Of a DNA stretch of 64,000 nucleotides, positions 59,712-64,000 are shown one piece after another. How positions within the stretch are numbered: the stretch's first letter is position 1; each line of letters opens with the position of its first letter. Source of the stretch: an uncultured delta proteobacterium (GTDB lineage: Bacteria; Desulfobacterota; Binatia; UBA9968); contig CAVWLW010000024.1 of assembly GCA_963755715.1 (NCBI GenBank), positions 64,001 to 128,000 of the forward strand. The letters are read 5' to 3'. The notes beneath the pieces were generated by a model, which saw nothing but the letters and a program-made list of their open reading frames with translations, was not told where the DNA came from and did not search any database. The translations under genes were made by a program, and so were the position numbers.

Positions 59712-60930
59712 TCACACATCCAAGGTTCTCAGACTGCGGGCAAATTTCGCTACCATTAGCACCGCCGCCGAGCCGACGCAGCCGCCGAGGATTAGCGCGC
59801 CGGGCACGCCGATAAAGCTTGCCGCGGCTCCCATCTGCGCATGTCCCATGTACGTGCCCGCCGACATGAAAACTTGATCGAAGCTTTTTACCCGGCCGCG
59901 CATCTGATCGGGGGTCGTCAGCTGTACCAACGTATCGCGCAAGGTCTCGCCGATGGCATCGACAAGTCCGAGGCAAAAAACGATGAGGAGCGACAGCGTC
60001 AGAGAACGTGACAGCGCAAAGCAAATCAAACCGATCGTATAGAGCAGGGTTACGCCGATAATAAGTTGGCCCTTGCGTCTTGGGTTGCCGGCGGCGAGAA
60101 CAATTCCGGAACCCGCCAGGGCGCCAAGGGCGGGCACACCTAAAAGCGCGCCGAGACCAGCGGGTCCAGTGCCGAGAATGTCGCGCGCAAAAGCAGGCAT
60201 CATGGAGCGATACGCACCGAAAAATTGCACGCAGGTATCCATGCTCATCAAACCCAAGATCACCGAGTTTTCGCGAATGAAATTAAAACCAGCGCGCACG
60301 CTTTCCAGCGGCGATTCTTTTTTCTCTCGGCTCGGCTTTACTTGCCGGCGCATGAACGCGAGACAAATAATCACGGCGAAAAAACTCACGGCGTCGATGT
60401 AATAAGCCGGACTGATGCCCAACGCGCTGATCACGAGCCCGCCGATGAATGGGCCGCCGAGCGTGGCGATTTGCCGCCAAGTAATATTGAGCGCATAAGC
60501 CGAGGCGAGTTGTTCAGCCGACACCAACGCCGGGATCATCGCGGTGCGCGCCGGCGCGTCGAAGATTCCCGACCGCGCCGGACAGAAATGTGACGGTGTA
60601 TATATGCCACACGCGGATCTGGCCCGCCGAACTCAATAGCCCGAGCGTGAGCGACAAGAGCGCGGCTAAACTTTGCGTGATGATCAGCAGCTTGCGCCGA
60701 TCCATGCGGTCGGCGAGCACTCCGCCGGGCAATGACAGAATCATTACCGGCAGCGCGCGAAACAGGCCGGTGAGACCCAATTGAAAAGGCGAGTTGGTGA
60801 TTTCATAGACCTGCCAGGCGATGGCAACGGTGGATATCTGGGTGCCGACGGCGGAGAACAAAAGACTCAACCAGAACAGACCGAAGTCTCTTTGCTTGAG
60901 AACTTGCCAAGGAGTAACAGGTGGTTTCAT
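59712..60930 (-). CDS. MFS transporter (EntS/DHA3-like), frameshifted at about 60570
   Basis: RDFGLFW, GVLADRMDRRKL motif A, MIPALV, TPDQMRGRV; many TM helices. Confidence 0.9.
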
Positions 60931-61031
60931 GGGATTTATAAAGTTTTAAATGAGTGGATGGTGTGTTGCCTATTGTCCATCCGTTAGCTAGTGCAGGGAT
61001 AAAACTTTAAGGCTCGAGTGTGCGGCTCCGA

Positions 61032-62036
61032 TCATTGCCCGGCGCGCTCGATCCAACCTTCTTTGACGAGTTTTTCCAACGGACCATGATCGCGAAAGAG
61101 CTCCGGCCTGCCGAAGAATTCTTTGGGCACGGGACGCCGGGCGGAAAGCTCTTTCAGGACGATCTCCAATCCCTGATCGGAAACGTAAGGGATGGGCTTG
61201 AAAATTTTCGCGTAGACTTCGACAGTTTTTTTGATGAAAGCGGAGTCAGTCTCGCGATGCCATTTCTTGATCACCTGCTCGACGAAAGCGCTGTCTTTTT
61301 TGATCAGGCGAGCGGCTTCGATGTAAGCCTTGAGAAAGCGCTCGACCGCTGAGGGATTGCTCTTGATAAACGCCCGGCTGGTAGCGACGCAGGACGAGGG
61401 ATAAATAAAATTCGGCGTCGACAGATCGACCAAGAGCGGCCAACCCATCTGGATCAGGCTGAAAGTATTGCGATAGGGGAGTGCGGCTGCCGCCACTCTG
61501 CCGCTGCGCATCGCCGTTACAATCTCACCGCCGCCTCCCAGTTGAAGAATCGTCATATCTTTTTCCGGATCCAATCCGAGAGATCGCAAGGCGGCGCGCA
61601 AATAAAAATGCGTCGTCGAGCCGAGCCTGGTAACGGCGCTGCTTTTGCCTTTGAGGCTTGCCGGGTTTTTGAACTCAGGCCGGGCGACGAAATAAACTAC
61701 GTCGGTGTCGGCGGGACAGGCGATCAGCGCGACGTCGCCGCCCTCGATGCGCGCCGAGACCACCGATTCCGCTCCGGCGCCGGAGAATTGCACCGTGCCG
61801 CTCATGATCATCGTCGTGATCAGCGCGCCGCCGCGGATGTGAACAGGTTCGACGTTGAGGCCGTATTTCGCGAATAGACCACTGTCCTTGCCGACCAGGA
61901 TGGGCAGGTGCTGAAGCGAAGTCGTCACGCCATATGGAACGCGCAAAAGTTCCTGAGCAAAAGATCGGGTTGGTGACAGCGCCACGATCACCCATAGGAA
62001 GAATGAAAGCGCCCGGCGAGCCAGCTTCAAATTCAT
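61032..62036 (-). CDS. ABC substrate-binding protein, NMT1/SsuA/THI5 type
   Basis: Signal peptide from the ATG at 62036; GLFAKYGLNVE, LKGKSSAVTRLGS, GLDPEKD. Confidence 0.88.
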   Translation of the reverse strand: MNLKLARRALSFFLWVIVALSPTRSFAQELLRVPYGVTTSLQHLPILVGKDSGLFAKYGLNVEPVHIRGGALITTMIMSGTVQFSGAGAESVVSARIEGGDVALIACPADTDVVYFVARPEFKNPASLKGKSSAVTRLGSTTHFYLRAALRSLGLDPEKDMTILQLGGGGEIVTAMRSGRVAAAALPYRNTFSLIQMGWPLLVDLSTPNFIYPSSCVATSRAFIKSNPSAVERFLKAYIEAARLIKKDSAFVEQVIKKWHRETDSAFIKKTVEVYAKIFKPIPYVSDQGLEIVLKELSARRPVPKEFFGRPELFRDHGPLEKLVKEGWIERAGQ

Positions 62037-62040
62037 CGGA

Positions 62041-62514
62041 TCAGGATTTCCGGAAATATTTGCTCTCAACCGCTGCGGCATCGAAGGAAACGAATTCATT
62101 GATTCCGGGCTTGCGGATTTGCGGCGTTTCGCTGGTGTCGAACAAAGCCACGGCGCCATTGGCGGCCTTCAAACCGACCAGGCCTGGGGCGTGGGCTTCG
62201 ATGACGACGGCATCCTTGTCGGATCGGTTCCAGGCCCAGTGCACTTTGTTTCCCGGGATTCTTTGGAAGTCGCCCTTCTTGCAGTGAAAACCTTGTTCCT
62301 CGACAAAGAACCAAATTTCGCCTTCCTGAATGTAGTTGAGCTGCTCGGATTCATGAATGTGCGGCGTCGTGTGATATCCCGGCGCCCGCGACGCGATCAT
62401 CAGACTGCATTCGTTGCCATAACCTTTAACCGACACCATCGAACCTTCGCCTTCAGCGCCGGTGCGGACGCCTTTTCGCTCTGGAACATCTTCGCGTTTT
62501 ACGTGAAGCGGCAT
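62041..62514 (-). CDS. cupin domain protein
   Basis: PHIHESEQLNY and GDFQRIPGNKVH cupin metal motifs. Confidence 0.88.
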   Translation of the reverse strand: MPLHVKREDVPERKGVRTGAEGEGSMVSVKGYGNECSLMIASRAPGYHTTPHIHESEQLNYIQEGEIWFFVEEQGFHCKKGDFQRIPGNKVHWAWNRSDKDAVVIEAHAPGLVGLKAANGAVALFDTSETPQIRKPGINEFVSFDAAAVESKYFRKS

Positions 62515-62620
62515 GTATTTTTCCTTTCGTCGCGTTTGGATATCTGGATGCGGAATCGGATTTATTTTCTGTAGCCGATAGCACAAAAACCGCAAAGTGA
62601 GTAGCTCCGATGCCGTCGGC

Positions 62621-62650
62621 TTGACAGTTTCGCCGGATTGCCGCTACAAC
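62621..62650 (+). promoter_or_regulatory. possible sigma70-type promoter
   Basis: TTGACA-N18-TACAAC just upstream of the GGAGG RBS of 62673. Confidence 0.4.
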
Positions 62651-62672
62651 CGCGCAAGACAGGGGAGGCTCA

Positions 62673-63680
62673 ATGATTGGTTTAATGATGGTTTGCATGT
62701 TCGTCGCCATCTTGTCGTCGGGGGCAGCGTGGGCGCAAAAGAGTCTGCCGACGGTGCGCATCGGCATCGAAGCGCCGGCGGGAACCAACAGCCATTACTA
62801 CGTGACGAAGCAGTTGGGACTATTTCAAAAACACGGCATTAATATCGAGTTGATTTCCTTCCCGGGAGGAACTGTGGGGCTCCAGGCGTTGCTCGCCGGC
62901 GATATTCAATTCGCCAGCGCCGACGGCACGGCGGGATTGCAGGCCAATCTGCGCGGCGCGAATATTTATTTCGTCGCCGGCATGATCAACACTTTCCCGT
63001 TCAGTATCTTATCCAAGCCGGAGATTCGCGTGCCCGCCGATCTGCGCGGCAAGAAAATCGTGATCAGCCGATATGGTTCCTCATCGGACACGGCCGTGCG
63101 GGTGGCGGTGGAGAAATACGATCTCAAACCGGACAAGGATGTGATCATTCTTCAAGGCGGCGGCCAGAGCGAGCGCTTTGCCGCGCTGCGCGCCGGCGCG
63201 GTCGATGCCGCCATCGTCAGTCCGCCGCTCAATCTGGCCGGGCGTAAAATGGGCTACAACGAAGTGATCGATCTTTCCCAGTCCGGCGTCGCATACTCGC
63301 ATCAGCAGATCGTCGCAATCAAAGATTATCTCGATCGCAATCCGGACGCGGTTTTGCGGACGCTGCGCGCGCTTATCGAGGGCCTCGCGGCATGGAAAGA
63401 TCCCGCGAAAAAATCGGCGGTGACGACCTACGTGGCGAAATATCTGCGCTTGGATCCCGAGAAAAACAAGGACCAGATCGAAGAGACTTATCGCTACTAC
63501 GGCAATACTTTTTCAACAAAGCCTTACGCCACGGCTGAAGGCTTGGAATTTACCGCGCAGATCTTGAAGCGGAACAGGCCGGAAGCGAAAGATATGCAAG
63601 CCAAGGATTATCTCGTCAATCGCTTCGTCGCCGAGCTGGAAAAAGAAGGTTTCCTAGCCAAGGTATTCGGCGGCAAATAA
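62673..63680 (+). CDS. ABC substrate-binding protein, NMT1/SsuA/THI5 type
   Basis: Signal peptide; GLFQKHGINIE, DLRGKKIVISRYGSSSD, ALRAGAVDAA. Confidence 0.9.
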   Translation: MIGLMMVCMFVAILSSGAAWAQKSLPTVRIGIEAPAGTNSHYYVTKQLGLFQKHGINIELISFPGGTVGLQALLAGDIQFASADGTAGLQANLRGANIYFVAGMINTFPFSILSKPEIRVPADLRGKKIVISRYGSSSDTAVRVAVEKYDLKPDKDVIILQGGGQSERFAALRAGAVDAAIVSPPLNLAGRKMGYNEVIDLSQSGVAYSHQQIVAIKDYLDRNPDAVLRTLRALIEGLAAWKDPAKKSAVTTYVAKYLRLDPEKNKDQIEETYRYYGNTFSTKPYATAEGLEFTAQILKRNRPEAKDMQAKDYLVNRFVAELEKEGFLAKVFGGK

Positions 63681-63782
63681 CTACATGGACTGGCGCTGCA
63701 ATTCGGTCGGATCCTCGACAACTATTGTGTCTTCCAGCCGAGATCTTCGGGCGTGAAGCGGGAATATTTGTCGATTTCTTCT

Positions 63783-64000
63783 TTAATCAATTTGTTTAGA
63801 TCTGCGGCGGAAGTGCGCAGATCGACATTGTAGCCGCGGGACTTTCAAGTTTTCCTTGAGCTTTGGTTCTTCCACGGTTTTTCTGATTGCGTCCGTCAGC
63901 GTTTTTGCAGCCGCTTCAGGCAATCCTTTCGGCGCTAAAAAGGCGACGCTGGCGAGCAGATTCACTTGGGGATATCCCTGCTTGGCGAAGGTCGGCACGT
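63783..64000 (-). CDS. TctC/Bug-family substrate-binding protein, C-terminal fragment (5' end outside window; 3' end uncertain)
   Basis: VPTFAKQGYP...APKGLP motif typical of Bug C-termini; probable frameshift near 63840. Confidence 0.7.
   Translation of the reverse strand, partial: VPTFAKQGYPQVNLLASVAFLAPKGLPEAAAKTLTDAIRKTVEEPKLKENLKVPRLQCRSAHFRRRSKQID

Overview
GC-rich bacterial window of about 55 genes with no rRNA, tRNA, CRISPR array or transposase. The content (12 solute-binding proteins of the NMT1/SsuA, Fe3+/FbpA-like, TctC/Bug and LivK types, interleaved with catabolic enzymes and short palindromic intergenic elements) resembles Candidatus Binatia-type soil Deltaproteobacteria; this is an inference, not checked. 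About 20 genes are split by 1-bp indels, most simply explained as long-read assembly error, and are reported as joined genes. The most notable signal is a putative sigma54-controlled general-stress regulon. Four TGGCAT-N5-TTGC(A/T) promoters (11105, 14273, 17360 on the minus strand, 51823) precede BON/OsmY-like, CsbD-ElaB-like, DUF748, EEP-hydrolase and GT4 genes and two unannotated 25-27 aa membrane microproteins. Three of them have related upstream TGT-N13-ACA-like boxes. Next to this island lies a 2002-aa cytoplasmic poly-HAMP hybrid kinase of the Nik1/OsaA type, paired with a REC-PAS kinase. Other highlights are a single-chain triple-Rid protein lacking the catalytic Arg, tandem ThDP enzymes with a PDG motif, and an uncharacterised paralogous STEDLR-motif gene pair.
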